This document shows positions 8,703-18,355 of a stretch of DNA of 64,000 nucleotides, piece after piece. This DNA comes from an uncultured Acetobacteraceae bacterium (lineage in GTDB: Bacteria > Pseudomonadota > Alphaproteobacteria > Acetobacterales > Acetobacteraceae). The position numbers and the translations under genes are program-made. The stretch spans positions 35,935 through 99,934 of the forward strand of contig CAXSAX010000005.1 of the NCBI GenBank assembly GCA_964235495.1. The letters are read 5' to 3'. Each line of letters starts with the position of its first letter. Position 1 is the stretch's first letter. The notes under the pieces were generated by a model. That model was not told the DNA's origin and searched no databases. It saw only the letters and a program-made list of their open reading frames with translations.

Positions 8703-10363
8703 GTGTTTCCCGTGGCGCGGGGCAGCGTCCATCCGCCGCCCAGCGCCTTGTAGAGGTTGATCAGCGATTGGAAATACAACAGCCGCACCTGCGCCAGGGT
8801 ATCCTGGTCGTTGAACAGCGTGGTCTGCGTGTTGATCACGGTGGTGATGTCAACCGTGCCGGCGGCGAGCTGGGCGCGCGCGATCTCCTCCGCCTTCTGC
8901 GCCACCATCACGGCCTGGCGCTGCAACGCCTCTTGCTGCCCGGCGTAGCGCACCGCCACGAGGTAGGTGTCGGCGTCCTGGAAGGCCTGCAGCACCGCTT
9001 GGCGATAGTCGGCGACCAGCTCGGCGAAGCGGCCCTTGGCCTGGTTGAGGTTGCCTTGCTCCAGGCCGTTGTCGAAGATGGTCTGCGTGACGGACGCGGC
9101 GGCGCTGAACAGCAGGCTGCCGGGGCCGAGCAGGGTGGACAGCGCCAGGCTCTCGATGCCGCCCTGCGTGGTGAGCTGCACCGCCGGGAAGAAGGCGGCG
9201 CGGGCGGCGCGCACGTTGCCGTTCTGGCTGACGAGGTTGGCCTCGGCGTTGGCAACGTCCGGCCGCCGGGCCAGCAGCTCGGAGGGCAGGCCGCCGCTGA
9301 CGAGGGGGGTCGGCAGGTCGAACAGGGTGTTGGCGGCGACGGTGATCTGCTCCGGCGGCAGCCCGACCAAGGTGGAGAGCCCGATCACCTGCTGCTCCAG
9401 CTGGCTCTGGAAGCTCGGGATCAGCGCGGCCTCACCGGCCACCAGCGCCTCCTGCTGCGCCACGTCGAGCGCCGTTCCGGTGCCGAACTGCACCCGGGCC
9501 TGGAACACCTTGAGCGTCTCGCGCGCGATCCGGAGGTTGCTCTGCGCCACCGCCAGCCGGTCGGCCGCGCCCAGCGCCTGGAAGTAGGTGGTGGCCACGG
9601 AGGTGACGACCGTGAGCGCCACGGTCTCCTGGTCGAACCGGCTGGCCAGGGCTGCGGCTTGGGCGGCGTTGTAGGTCGCGCGGTTCTTGCCCCAGAAATC
9701 CGCCTCGTAGCTGATTGCGCCCTGCAAGCTGTACTGCCGGCTGTCCACGTAGCGGGTGCCGCCGAGGCCGCTGGCGCCGGTGACGACGGTGCTGCCGACG
9801 TTGTTGGTCGTGCTGGTGGTGGTGCCGGCGCCCGTGCTGGTGGTGGAGGTGACTCCAGCGCCGCCCGTGGTGATGCCTGACGCGCCGCCCACGCCCGTGG
9901 AGCCGATGCGGCTGTAGCTCGCGCTGCCGTTGGCGCTGATCGTGGGCAGCAGCGGCGACCCGGCGATCGACACCTGCGCGTCCGCCTGCACCACGCGGGC
10001 GGCGGCGGCGGCCAGGTTCTGGTTGTAGACCCGCGCGTCCGCCATCAGCCGGTCCAGCTCCGCCGAGCCGAAAGCGCGCCACCAGTCGGCCGCCGGCCAG
10101 GCCGCCCCCGCGCTTTCCACGGTGGCGCGGAACGCGGGCGGGATGGTCAACGCCGGGCGCGCGTAGTCCGGCCCGAGGTCGCACCCGGCCAAGGCGAGCA
10201 GGGTGGCGAGCGCGGCCAGGGGGGCGGCCAGGGAGGCGGACAGGGGTCGGGCATGCGGCAGGCGCAGCGTTCGAGTCCTCAATGCGGGCTTGGGTGAGCC
10301 CCTCCAGCGCCCCGCGGCGGCTCGCATGGCGTTGCAGGATTGCCACGGGAGGTGGGGCGTCAC
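8699..10363 (-). CDS. Outer-membrane efflux lipoprotein, NodT/OprM family (true start probably downstream of 10363)
   Basis: Lipobox LAGC followed by DLGPDYARP. Family motifs PSELLARRPDVANAE and LYKALGGGW. Confidence 0.88.
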   Translation of the reverse strand: MTPHLPWQSCNAMRAAAGRWRGSPKPALRTRTLRLPHARPLSASLAAPLAALATLLALAGCDLGPDYARPALTIPPAFRATVESAGAAWPAADWWRAFGSAELDRLMADARVYNQNLAAAAARVVQADAQVSIAGSPLLPTISANGSASYSRIGSTGVGGASGITTGGAGVTSTTSTGAGTTTSTTNNVGSTVVTGASGLGGTRYVDSRQYSLQGAISYEADFWGKNRATYNAAQAAALASRFDQETVALTVVTSVATTYFQALGAADRLAVAQSNLRIARETLKVFQARVQFGTGTALDVAQQEALVAGEAALIPSFQSQLEQQVIGLSTLVGLPPEQITVAANTLFDLPTPLVSGGLPSELLARRPDVANAEANLVSQNGNVRAARAAFFPAVQLTTQGGIESLALSTLLGPGSLLFSAAASVTQTIFDNGLEQGNLNQAKGRFAELVADYRQAVLQAFQDADTYLVAVRYAGQQEALQRQAVMVAQKAEEIARAQLAAGTVDITTVINTQTTLFNDQDTLAQVRLLYFQSLINLYKALGGGWTLPRATGNT

Positions 10364-10482
10364 CCCAGGCCCTGCCAGAGGGCGGCCCTGAGCGGCGCTC
10401 CGCCGCCGTGCGGCAATCTTGCCGCCGCGCCGGCGATATGCAAATCACCCAGCCAAGCAACGAAGCTCACAGGAAACGCCGG

Positions 10483-11244
10483 GTGGCAGAGCCGATCCTC
10501 CAGACCGAGGGCATGACGCGCGAGTTCCGCGGCTTCATCGCGGTGAACCGCGTGGATCTGCGCGTGATGCCGGGCAGCATCCACGCGCTGATCGGCCCCA
10601 ACGGCGCTGGCAAGACGACGTGCTTCAACCTGCTGACCAAGTTCTTGCAACCGACACGCGGCACCATCCGCTACGCGGGCCGCGACATCACGGGGCTGAA
10701 GGCGGCCCAGGTGGCGCGGCTCGGGCTGGTGCGCTCGTTCCAGATCTCGGCCGTGTTCCCCCACCTGACCGCGCTGGAGAACGTGCGGCTTGCGCTGCAG
10801 CGCAAGCGCGGCGGGTCGTACGACTTCTGGCGCGCCGAAGGATTGCTCAAACAGTATGACGGCCAAGCCCGGGCGCTGCTGGAGGATGTGGGGCTTGCCG
10901 AGCACGTCGAGACCCCGGCGGTGCTGCTGTCCTACGGCCGCAAGCGCGCGCTGGAGATCGCCACCACCCTGGCGCTCGACCCGCAGATGCTGCTGCTGGA
11001 CGAGCCGACCGCGGGCATGACGCACGAGGACGTGGACCGCGTGGTGGCGCTGATCCGCCGCATCCGCGTCGGCCGCACCATCCTGATGGTGGAGCATAAC
11101 CTGTCGGTGGTGGAGGGGCTGTGCGACCAGATCACCGTGCTGGCGCGCGGCCAGGTGCTGGCGGAAGGCGACTACGCCACCGTGTCCCGCAACCCCGAGG
11201 TGGTCACCGCCTACCTGGGCACCGATGCGCCGGGAACCGCTTAA
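10483..11244 (+). CDS. Branched-chain amino acid-type ABC ATP-binding protein (LivG-like)
   Basis: Walker A GPNGAGKT, LSYGRKR signature, LLLDEP. GTG start at 10483 follows AGGA. Confidence 0.9.
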   Translation: MAEPILQTEGMTREFRGFIAVNRVDLRVMPGSIHALIGPNGAGKTTCFNLLTKFLQPTRGTIRYAGRDITGLKAAQVARLGLVRSFQISAVFPHLTALENVRLALQRKRGGSYDFWRAEGLLKQYDGQARALLEDVGLAEHVETPAVLLSYGRKRALEIATTLALDPQMLLLDEPTAGMTHEDVDRVVALIRRIRVGRTILMVEHNLSVVEGLCDQITVLARGQVLAEGDYATVSRNPEVVTAYLGTDAPGTA

Positions 11245-11965
11245 GGTGACGCCCGCGCCGATGCTGCAAGCGATGCTGCAAGTCCAAGGCCTTAACGCCT
11301 GGTATGGCGAGAGCCACGTGCTGCATGGCGTTGACTTCGAGGTGGGCGAAGGCGAGGTCGTGACGCTGCTGGGCCGCAACGGCGCCGGCAAGACCACCAC
11401 CATGAAATCCATCATGGGCCTGGTGCCGCGCCGCGCCGGGTCGGTCGCGTTCAGGGGGCGCGAGACCATCCGGCTGCGGCCCGACGCGGTGGCCCGCGCC
11501 GGCATCGCGCTGTGCCCGGAGGAGCGCGGCATCTTCGCCAGCCTGACCGTGGCGGAGAACCTGATGCTGCCCCCGGTGATCGCACCCGGCGGGCTGGACG
11601 TGGCCACCATCCACGCGCTGTTCCCCAACCTCAAGGAGCGCGCCTCGTCCCAGGGCACGCGGCTGTCCGGCGGCGAGCAGCAGATGCTGGCGATCGGCCG
11701 CATCCTGCGCACCGGGGCGCGCTTCCTGCTGCTGGACGAGCCGACGGAGGGGCTGGCGCCGGTCATCGTGCAGCAGATCGGTCGCACCATCCGCGAGCTG
11801 CGCGCGCGGGGCTTCACCGTGCTGCTGGTGGAGCAGAACTTCCGCTTCGCCGCCACCGTGGCCGACCGCCACTACGTGATGGAGCACGGCCGGGTGATCG
11901 ACATGATCCCGAACGGCGACATCGACGCCCAGATGGGCAAGCTGCACGACTACCTCGGCGTTTGA
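11225..11965 (+). CDS. ABC ATP-binding protein (LivF-like); start uncertain
   Basis: GRNGAGKTT, LSGGEQQMLAIGR, LLLDEPTEGLAP. Confidence 0.9.
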   Translation: MRREPLKVTPAPMLQAMLQVQGLNAWYGESHVLHGVDFEVGEGEVVTLLGRNGAGKTTTMKSIMGLVPRRAGSVAFRGRETIRLRPDAVARAGIALCPEERGIFASLTVAENLMLPPVIAPGGLDVATIHALFPNLKERASSQGTRLSGGEQQMLAIGRILRTGARFLLLDEPTEGLAPVIVQQIGRTIRELRARGFTVLLVEQNFRFAATVADRHYVMEHGRVIDMIPNGDIDAQMGKLHDYLGV

Positions 11966-11987
11966 AGGCGCCCTTGAAGGAGACGAC

Positions 11988-13214
11988 ATGAACCTGACGC
12001 GACGCGGCTTGATCGGGACGGCAGCCCCCGCCTTGGCCATGGCGGCCTCTGGGGCGGGGAAGGCCCGCGCCCAAGGGGCGGCGGTCAAGATCGGCGTGCT
12101 GACGGACATGTCCGGCACCTACCGCGACGCATCCGGGCCGCTCGCGGTGCTGGCGGTGCAGCAGGCGCTGGAGGAGGCGGGCGCGGGCAGCGTGCAGGTG
12201 CTGTCCGCCGACCACCAGAACAAGTCCGACATCGCGGCCTCCATCGCGCGGGAATGGTTCGACCGGGACGGCGTGGACCTGATCGTGGACGGCGTGAACT
12301 CCGCCTGCGGCCTGGCGATCTCCGGCGTCGCCCGCGACAAGAACAAGATTCACATCAACAACGGCGCCGCCACCAGCGACCTCACCGGGCCGCAGTGCAA
12401 CGCCAACACCATCCATTTCACCTACGACACCTACATGCTGGCCAAGTCCACCGGCGGCGCGCTGGTGGCCGCAGGCGGGGACACCTGGTTCTTCATCACC
12501 GCCGACTACACCTTCGGCCACACCCTGGAGCGGGAAGCCACCAACGTGGTCACCGCCGGGCACGGCAAGGTGCTGGGGGCGGTGTCCTACCCGTTCCCCA
12601 CCACCACCGACTTCTCCTCCCAGCTCGTGCAGGCGCAGAGCAGCGGCGCCAAGGTGATCGGGCTGGCGAGCGCCGGCGTGGACACGGCCAACCAGGTCAA
12701 GCAGGCGCACGAGTTCGGCATCACCCAGTCAGGGGTGAAGCTCGCCGGGTTCCTGACCTTCATCAGCGACGTGCACGCCATCGGGCTGGAGGCGGGGCAG
12801 GGCTTGCAGATCACCAACAGCTTCTACTGGGACGCCAACGACCGCACCCGGGCCTTCGCCGAGCGGCTCAAGCCCAAGGCGCCGAGCGTGCGGCCCGGCA
12901 TGGTCCACGCCGGAGACTACGCCTGCGTGCTGCACTACATGAAGGTGGTGCAGGCCATGGGCACGGCGGAGGCCAAGAAGGACGGCGCCGCCACGGTGGC
13001 GCGCATGAAGGCGATGCCCACGGACGACGACGCGTTCGGCCCCGGCAGCATCCGCGAGGATGGCCGCGGCCTTCACCCGGCGTTCCTGTGGGAGGTCAAA
13101 AAGCCCAGCGAGAGCACCCATCCGTGGGACTACTACAAGCTGGTGGCGACCACGCCGGCCGACCAGGCGTTCCGCCCCTTGCAGGCCGGAAGCTGTTCGC
13201 TGGTGAAGTCGTGA
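11988..13214 (+). CDS. ABC substrate-binding protein, Liv/leucine-binding family, with Tat-type signal peptide
   Basis: N-terminus MNLTRRGLIG. KIGVLTDMSG and ADHQNKSDIA motifs. Strong SD GAAGGAG. Confidence 0.9.
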   Translation: MNLTRRGLIGTAAPALAMAASGAGKARAQGAAVKIGVLTDMSGTYRDASGPLAVLAVQQALEEAGAGSVQVLSADHQNKSDIAASIAREWFDRDGVDLIVDGVNSACGLAISGVARDKNKIHINNGAATSDLTGPQCNANTIHFTYDTYMLAKSTGGALVAAGGDTWFFITADYTFGHTLEREATNVVTAGHGKVLGAVSYPFPTTTDFSSQLVQAQSSGAKVIGLASAGVDTANQVKQAHEFGITQSGVKLAGFLTFISDVHAIGLEAGQGLQITNSFYWDANDRTRAFAERLKPKAPSVRPGMVHAGDYACVLHYMKVVQAMGTAEAKKDGAATVARMKAMPTDDDAFGPGSIREDGRGLHPAFLWEVKKPSESTHPWDYYKLVATTPADQAFRPLQAGSCSLVKS

Positions 13215-13244
13215 GCCTCCGCGCCGCACGCAGCTAGCCCGGCG

Positions 13245-14132
13245 ATGGTCACGATCTTCGGCGTCCCGGCGGCCGCGCTGTTCGGACAGCTGCTGCTCGG
13301 CCTGATCAACGGCGCGTTCTACGCCCTGCTCTCGCTCGGGCTGGCGATCATCTTCGGCATGCTGGGCATCGTGAACTTCGCCCACGGCGCGCTGTTCATG
13401 ATGGGCGCGTTCGTGGCCTGGATGCTGCAAAACTACCTTGGCATCGACTACTGGTGGGCCTTGCTGCTGTCGCCGCTGGCGGTCGGGCTGTTTGGGGCGG
13501 CGCTGGAGAAGTCGGTGATCAGCCGGCTCTACCGCATCGACCCGATCTACGGCCTGCTGCTCACCTTCGGCCTGGCGTTGATCCTGGAGGGGCTGTTCCG
13601 CAACGGATACGGAGCCTCCGGCCTGCCCTACCGCATTCCGCCGAGCCTGTCGGGTGGCACTAATCTCGGCTTCATGTACCTGCCCAACTATCGCGGCTGG
13701 GTCGTGGTCGTGGCGCTGGTCACGTGCCTGGCGACCTGGCTGGTGATCGACAAGACTTCGATCGGCGCCAGGCTGCGGGCCGCCACCGAGAACCCGGCGC
13801 TGGTGCAGGCCTTCGGCGTGAACGTGCCGCGCATGATCACGCTCACCTACGCCTCCGGCGTCGCCCTGGCCGCGTTCGCCGGAGTGCTGGCGGCGCCCAT
13901 CTACTCGGTCAATCCCGGCATGGGCTCCAACCTCATCATCGTGGTGTTCGCCGTGGTGGTGATCGGCGGCATGGGGTCCATCCTCGGCTCCATCGTCACC
14001 GGCTTCGGGCTGGGCGTGGCGGAGGGGCTGGCCAAGGTGTTCTACCCGCCGGCTTCGGCCACGGTGGTGTTCGTCATCATGGTGCTGGTGCTGCTGGTCC
14101 GCCCCGCCGGGCTGTTCGGCCGGGCCAGCTGA
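13245..14132 (+). CDS. ABC permease (LivH-like)
   Basis: GLAIIFGMLGIVNFAHGALFM and multiple TM helices. Confidence 0.9.
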   Translation: MVTIFGVPAAALFGQLLLGLINGAFYALLSLGLAIIFGMLGIVNFAHGALFMMGAFVAWMLQNYLGIDYWWALLLSPLAVGLFGAALEKSVISRLYRIDPIYGLLLTFGLALILEGLFRNGYGASGLPYRIPPSLSGGTNLGFMYLPNYRGWVVVVALVTCLATWLVIDKTSIGARLRAATENPALVQAFGVNVPRMITLTYASGVALAAFAGVLAAPIYSVNPGMGSNLIIVVFAVVVIGGMGSILGSIVTGFGLGVAEGLAKVFYPPASATVVFVIMVLVLLVRPAGLFGRAS

Positions 14133-15064
14133 TGTTCGGCTTCTCGCGGCCGCAGGGCATCGCCTTCCTGGCGCTGCTCGCCTTGATCGCCGCCAGCCCG
14201 TTCGTGCTGTATCCCGTGTTCCTGATGAACGTGCTGTGCTTCGCGCTGCTGGCGTCCGCGTTCAACCTGCTGGTCGGCTACGTGGGGCTGCTGAGCTTCG
14301 GCCACGCCGCCTATTTCGGCATGGGCGCCTACGTCTCGGCCTATGCCGCCAAGGCCTGGGGGCTCACGCCCGAGCTGTGCGTGCTGCTGGGCGGCGTCGT
14401 GGGCGGGGCCTTGGGCGTCGTGTTCGGCGCGCTGGCGATCCGGCGTCTCGGCATCTATTTCAGCATGATCACGCTGGCGCTGGCGCAGATGAACTACTTC
14501 TTCTGCGTCCAGGCGCCGTTCACCCACGGCGAGGACGGCATCCAGCAAGTGCCGCGCGGGGCGCTGTTCGGCCTGTTCTCCCTGCAATCGGACGGGGCGA
14601 TGTACGCCTTCGTGGCCGCCGTGTTCGTGCTGTTCTTCCTGCTGATCCACCGCATCGTGCATTCGCCATTCGGCCAAGTGCTCAAGGCGATCCGGGAGAA
14701 CGAGCCGCGCGCCACCTCGCTCGGCTATCGCACGGACGACTACAAACTGATCGCCTTTGTCCTGTCCTGCTTCGTCGCCGGCATCGCCGGCGGGCTGAAG
14801 GCGCTGGTGTTCGGCATCGCGACCCTGACGGATGTGAGCTTCGGCGCGTCCGGCGACATCATCCTGATGACGCTGCTGGGCGGCATGGGCACCATCTTCG
14901 GGCCGGGCGTAGGCGCGCTGGTGCTCAAGTTCATGGAAAGCTACCTGGCCGGCATCGGCTCCTGGGTGACGGTGGTGCAGGGCGTCGTCTTTGTCGTCTG
15001 CGTGCTCGCGTTCCGCCGCGGCATCGTGGGCGAACTCGGGGCGTGGCTGCGGCTCAACCTGTAG
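14132..15064 (+). CDS. ABC permease (LivM-like)
   Basis: NLLVGYVGLLSFGHAAYFGMG and SPFGQVLKAIRENEPRA. ATG overlaps the upstream TGA. Confidence 0.9.
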   Translation: MFGFSRPQGIAFLALLALIAASPFVLYPVFLMNVLCFALLASAFNLLVGYVGLLSFGHAAYFGMGAYVSAYAAKAWGLTPELCVLLGGVVGGALGVVFGALAIRRLGIYFSMITLALAQMNYFFCVQAPFTHGEDGIQQVPRGALFGLFSLQSDGAMYAFVAAVFVLFFLLIHRIVHSPFGQVLKAIRENEPRATSLGYRTDDYKLIAFVLSCFVAGIAGGLKALVFGIATLTDVSFGASGDIILMTLLGGMGTIFGPGVGALVLKFMESYLAGIGSWVTVVQGVVFVVCVLAFRRGIVGELGAWLRLNL

Positions 15065-15147
15065 CCCTGCCCCGCCCACGCCGCACCCCCGCCCTATCAG
15101 CGCCCCAATGGCCGGGCTAGGTCCGGGCCCATGAGCGACCAGACCCC

Positions 15148-16029
15148 GTGAGCTACCAAACCCTATATGCCGCCCTGGCGCGGCTGAACGTCCAGCTGAC
15201 CGCCATGGCCGCGCTGGGCGCCGAGATGAAGCTGCGCCTGGCCGGGGACCCCGGGCATCCCGCCACCCGGGCGCTGCTGCAAGCGATCACCGCCGAACTC
15301 GGCCCGGACGTGCTGGCCGACATGCAGGACGGCGAGGAGGAGAGCGCGCTCGGCCTGCTGCAAACCTTCTTCCGCGACGCCGGCAGCCTGCTGGACAACC
15401 CGGCCGCCCCGCCCGGCTGGACCCACACCGACCCGGTGATCCTGCGCTCGCTCGGGCGTTCCTCGCGCAGCAACGTGTTCAGCATCGAGGCGCTGCGCCC
15501 CAGCCGTCCCGCGCTGGACGCCGCCATTGCCCAGGGCCGCCGCTTCCTGGACGTGGGCACGGGCGTGGGCGAGGTGGCGATGACGGCGGCCCAGGCCTGG
15601 CCGCACATGCGCGTGACCGGCATCGACCTGTGGCAGCCCTCGCTCGCCATCGCCCATGCCAGCCTGGCCGAGAGCGGCGTGGCGGACCGGGTCGAGCTGC
15701 GCGAGCAAAGCCTGGACGACCTGCCGGAGCGGGATTGCTTCGACCTGGCCTGGCTGCCGGCGCCGTTCATCCCGGGCCCGGTGGTGGAAGCCGGCATCGC
15801 CCGGCTGCACGACGCCATGGCGCCCGGCGGCTGGCTCGTCACCGGGCTGTTCGCCATCCCGGAGGCCGCGCTGCCCGGCGCCGTCGCCCGCCTGCGCACC
15901 GTGCGCAGCGGCGGGCGTCCCTGGCACCCGGAGGAAGTCGCCGCCACCATGGAGCGGGCGGGCTTCGTGGACGTCGAAATCCCGCCGCCGACCGGCATGG
16001 TGCGCGTGATCGGACGCCGCCCGGCCTAA
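15148..16029 (+). CDS. Class I SAM-dependent methyltransferase
   Basis: Motif I FLDVGTGVG, followed by VTGID and FDLAWL. Confidence 0.8.
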   Translation: MSYQTLYAALARLNVQLTAMAALGAEMKLRLAGDPGHPATRALLQAITAELGPDVLADMQDGEEESALGLLQTFFRDAGSLLDNPAAPPGWTHTDPVILRSLGRSSRSNVFSIEALRPSRPALDAAIAQGRRFLDVGTGVGEVAMTAAQAWPHMRVTGIDLWQPSLAIAHASLAESGVADRVELREQSLDDLPERDCFDLAWLPAPFIPGPVVEAGIARLHDAMAPGGWLVTGLFAIPEAALPGAVARLRTVRSGGRPWHPEEVAATMERAGFVDVEIPPPTGMVRVIGRRPA

Positions 16030-16050
16030 ACATCGCTGGGTCGCATCGCT

Positions 16051-18294
16051 ATGTTGCAGCGCAGCATGAACCCGAGCCGCTCCTCTGCGACCCGTTTCGA
16101 TCCGGAGCGCATGTTTCATCCCCGTTCGGTGGCCGTGTTCGGCGGTGAAGGCCGGATCGGCCGCCAGGTGCTGGCCAACCTCGCCGCCAGCGCCTTTCCC
16201 GGCGACATCCAGCTGGTGCCGGCCAACGCCGACCCGGCGGCAGCCGACCTTGCCGTGTTCGCCTCCGAGGCCGACCCGGTCGGCCCCTTGCTGCCGGGCC
16301 TGCTGCGCGCGGGCATCTACGCCGGGGTGGCGATCGGCATGGCGCCGGACATCGCCGCCGCGCAAGCGGAGACGGGCGTGCGCATCCTCGGCGCCGGGTC
16401 GTTCGGCATCGCTTGCCCCGCGGGCCGCTTGGACGCGACCCTGTCCCACTTGCCGCCGCGTCCGGGCCGGGTGGCGCTGGTGTCGCAATCCGGGGCGCTG
16501 TGCCGGGCGGTGCTGGACTGGGCGGAACCGAACGGCGTGGGGTTCAGCCAGATCGTCGGCATCGGCGGCAACGCCGGCACCGGGTTCGACGCCGTGCTGG
16601 ACTTCCTGGCGCGCGACTCCGCCACCGGCCCGATCCTGCTGGACATCCGCCGCATCCGCGACCCGCGCGGCTTTCTCTCCGCCGCCCGCGCCGCCGCCCG
16701 GCTGCGCCCCGTGGTGGCGCTGCGCGCCGGCAGCCGCCTGCTGGACCCGACCGGGCGGGCGGAGATGGTGTTCGACGCCGCCCTCAACCGCGCCGGCGTG
16801 CTGACCGTCTCGCGGCTGGAGGACATGCTGGCCGCGCTGGAAACGCTCACCCGCGCGCCAGCGCCCCGCAGCGAGGCGCTGGCGGTCGTGACCAATGCGA
16901 TCGGGCCCGGCCGCATGGCGGCGGACGCGGCGCTGGCCAGCGGCATTCCGCTCGCCGCCCTGGCGCCGGAGACCCAGCAGGTGCTGCGCCTGGCTTTTCC
17001 CGCGCAGGACGTGGCGGACATAATCTATGTCGGCGTGCAAGCGCCCACGCGGCTGGCGGAGGCCGCCGCCCTGCTGTCCGGCGCGCGCGAGGTGGGCGGC
17101 ATCCTGGTCGTGCTGGCGCCGACCGGCCCGGCGGACGCCGCCGGGGTGGAGGCGCTGGCGGCGGCCCCGCAAGGCCGCGTGCCGCTGCTGGCATGCGCCA
17201 TGGGCGAGACCACGGGCGCGCTGCACCGCCGCCGGCTGGCCGCGGCGGGGGTGCCGGCCTTCGCCTCGCCCGAGCAGGCGGTGCAGGGCTTCCGCCACTT
17301 GCTGCAGCAGCGCCGCGCCCGCGCCGCCGCCCGCGAGCTGCCGCCGAGCGACGTGCTGGAGCTGGCGCCGGACCGCGCCGCCGTGCGCCGCGTGGTGGCG
17401 GAGGCGCGAGGCGAGGGCCGGCTGGCGTTGTCGGACGGGGAGGTCGCCCGCGTGCTCGCCGCCTACGGCCTGGGCCCGCCCGCGCTGGACGTGACGGTGG
17501 CGGACGACCCGCTGTTCGGCCCCGCCATCGGCGTGGGCGGCGAGCGGATGGATGAGCGCGCCTTCGACCTGCCGCCGCTGAACCTGTCCCTGGCGCACGG
17601 CCTGACGGCCCAGGCGCCTGCTGCCCGCGTCCTATCCCCGGACCGGGAGCAGGCGCTGGCCGACATCCTGGTGCGCGTCAGCCAATTGGTCGTGGACACG
17701 CCGGAGCTGGCGGCGCTGACGCTCCCGGCGGACGGCCCGGCGCGCGCCTCGGTGCGCCCGCCGGGGGAGGCCGGCCGGCTCGCCATCGCGCCATATCCCG
17801 CCGCCCTGGCCGAGCCGTGGGACTTGGGGGGCGAGATGCTGACCATCCGCCCGATCCGCCCGGAGGACGCGGCCGGCCACGCCGCCCTGTTCACCCGGCT
17901 GACCCCGGAGGATGTGCGCTACCGCTTCTTCTCCTCGTTGCGGGAGCTGTCGCCGGAGCGGATCGCCCGCATGACCCAGGTGGACTACGACCGCGAGATG
18001 GCGTTCGTCGCCATTCGCGCCAACGGCGACACCGCCGGGGTGAGCCGCCTGGTGCGCGACGGCGACGGCGGCGAGTTCGCCGTGGTGGTGGAACGCGCCA
18101 TGAAGAACAGGGGACTGGGCCGGCGCTTGATGCAGCGGCTGGAGGAGTGGGGCCGCGAGCAGGGCATGACGGCCATGGTGGGCCAGGTGCTGGCGGAGAA
18201 TGCGCCCATGCTGGCCTTCGTGCGGCGGCTGGGGTGCAGCCTGCACCCCTCGCCGGAGGAGCCGGACGTGGTGGAGGCGCGGTTGGCACTGTGA
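16051..18294 (+). CDS. Acyl-CoA synthetase-like/GNAT fusion, Pat/PatZ-type lysine acetyltransferase family
   Basis: CoA-binding region (PRSVAVFG, VALVSQSGAL) plus C-terminal GNAT (IRPIRPED, RYRFFS, VDYDREMAFVA, KNRGLGRRLM). Confidence 0.85.
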   Translation: MLQRSMNPSRSSATRFDPERMFHPRSVAVFGGEGRIGRQVLANLAASAFPGDIQLVPANADPAAADLAVFASEADPVGPLLPGLLRAGIYAGVAIGMAPDIAAAQAETGVRILGAGSFGIACPAGRLDATLSHLPPRPGRVALVSQSGALCRAVLDWAEPNGVGFSQIVGIGGNAGTGFDAVLDFLARDSATGPILLDIRRIRDPRGFLSAARAAARLRPVVALRAGSRLLDPTGRAEMVFDAALNRAGVLTVSRLEDMLAALETLTRAPAPRSEALAVVTNAIGPGRMAADAALASGIPLAALAPETQQVLRLAFPAQDVADIIYVGVQAPTRLAEAAALLSGAREVGGILVVLAPTGPADAAGVEALAAAPQGRVPLLACAMGETTGALHRRRLAAAGVPAFASPEQAVQGFRHLLQQRRARAAARELPPSDVLELAPDRAAVRRVVAEARGEGRLALSDGEVARVLAAYGLGPPALDVTVADDPLFGPAIGVGGERMDERAFDLPPLNLSLAHGLTAQAPAARVLSPDREQALADILVRVSQLVVDTPELAALTLPADGPARASVRPPGEAGRLAIAPYPAALAEPWDLGGEMLTIRPIRPEDAAGHAALFTRLTPEDVRYRFFSSLRELSPERIARMTQVDYDREMAFVAIRANGDTAGVSRLVRDGDGGEFAVVVERAMKNRGLGRRLMQRLEEWGREQGMTAMVGQVLAENAPMLAFVRRLGCSLHPSPEEPDVVEARLAL

Positions 18295-18355
18295 GGGCGG
18301 TCGTTTGCTCCACTCTCGCACCGTCTGCCGAACACGGCTTGCGCGTCGGCTGTCG

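Noticed and set aside
10364-10482. Sigma54-like GG-N10-GC spacing upstream of the Liv operon
   Set aside because: The flanking consensus (TGGCA...TTGC) is not met, and GG-N10-GC is common at this GC content.
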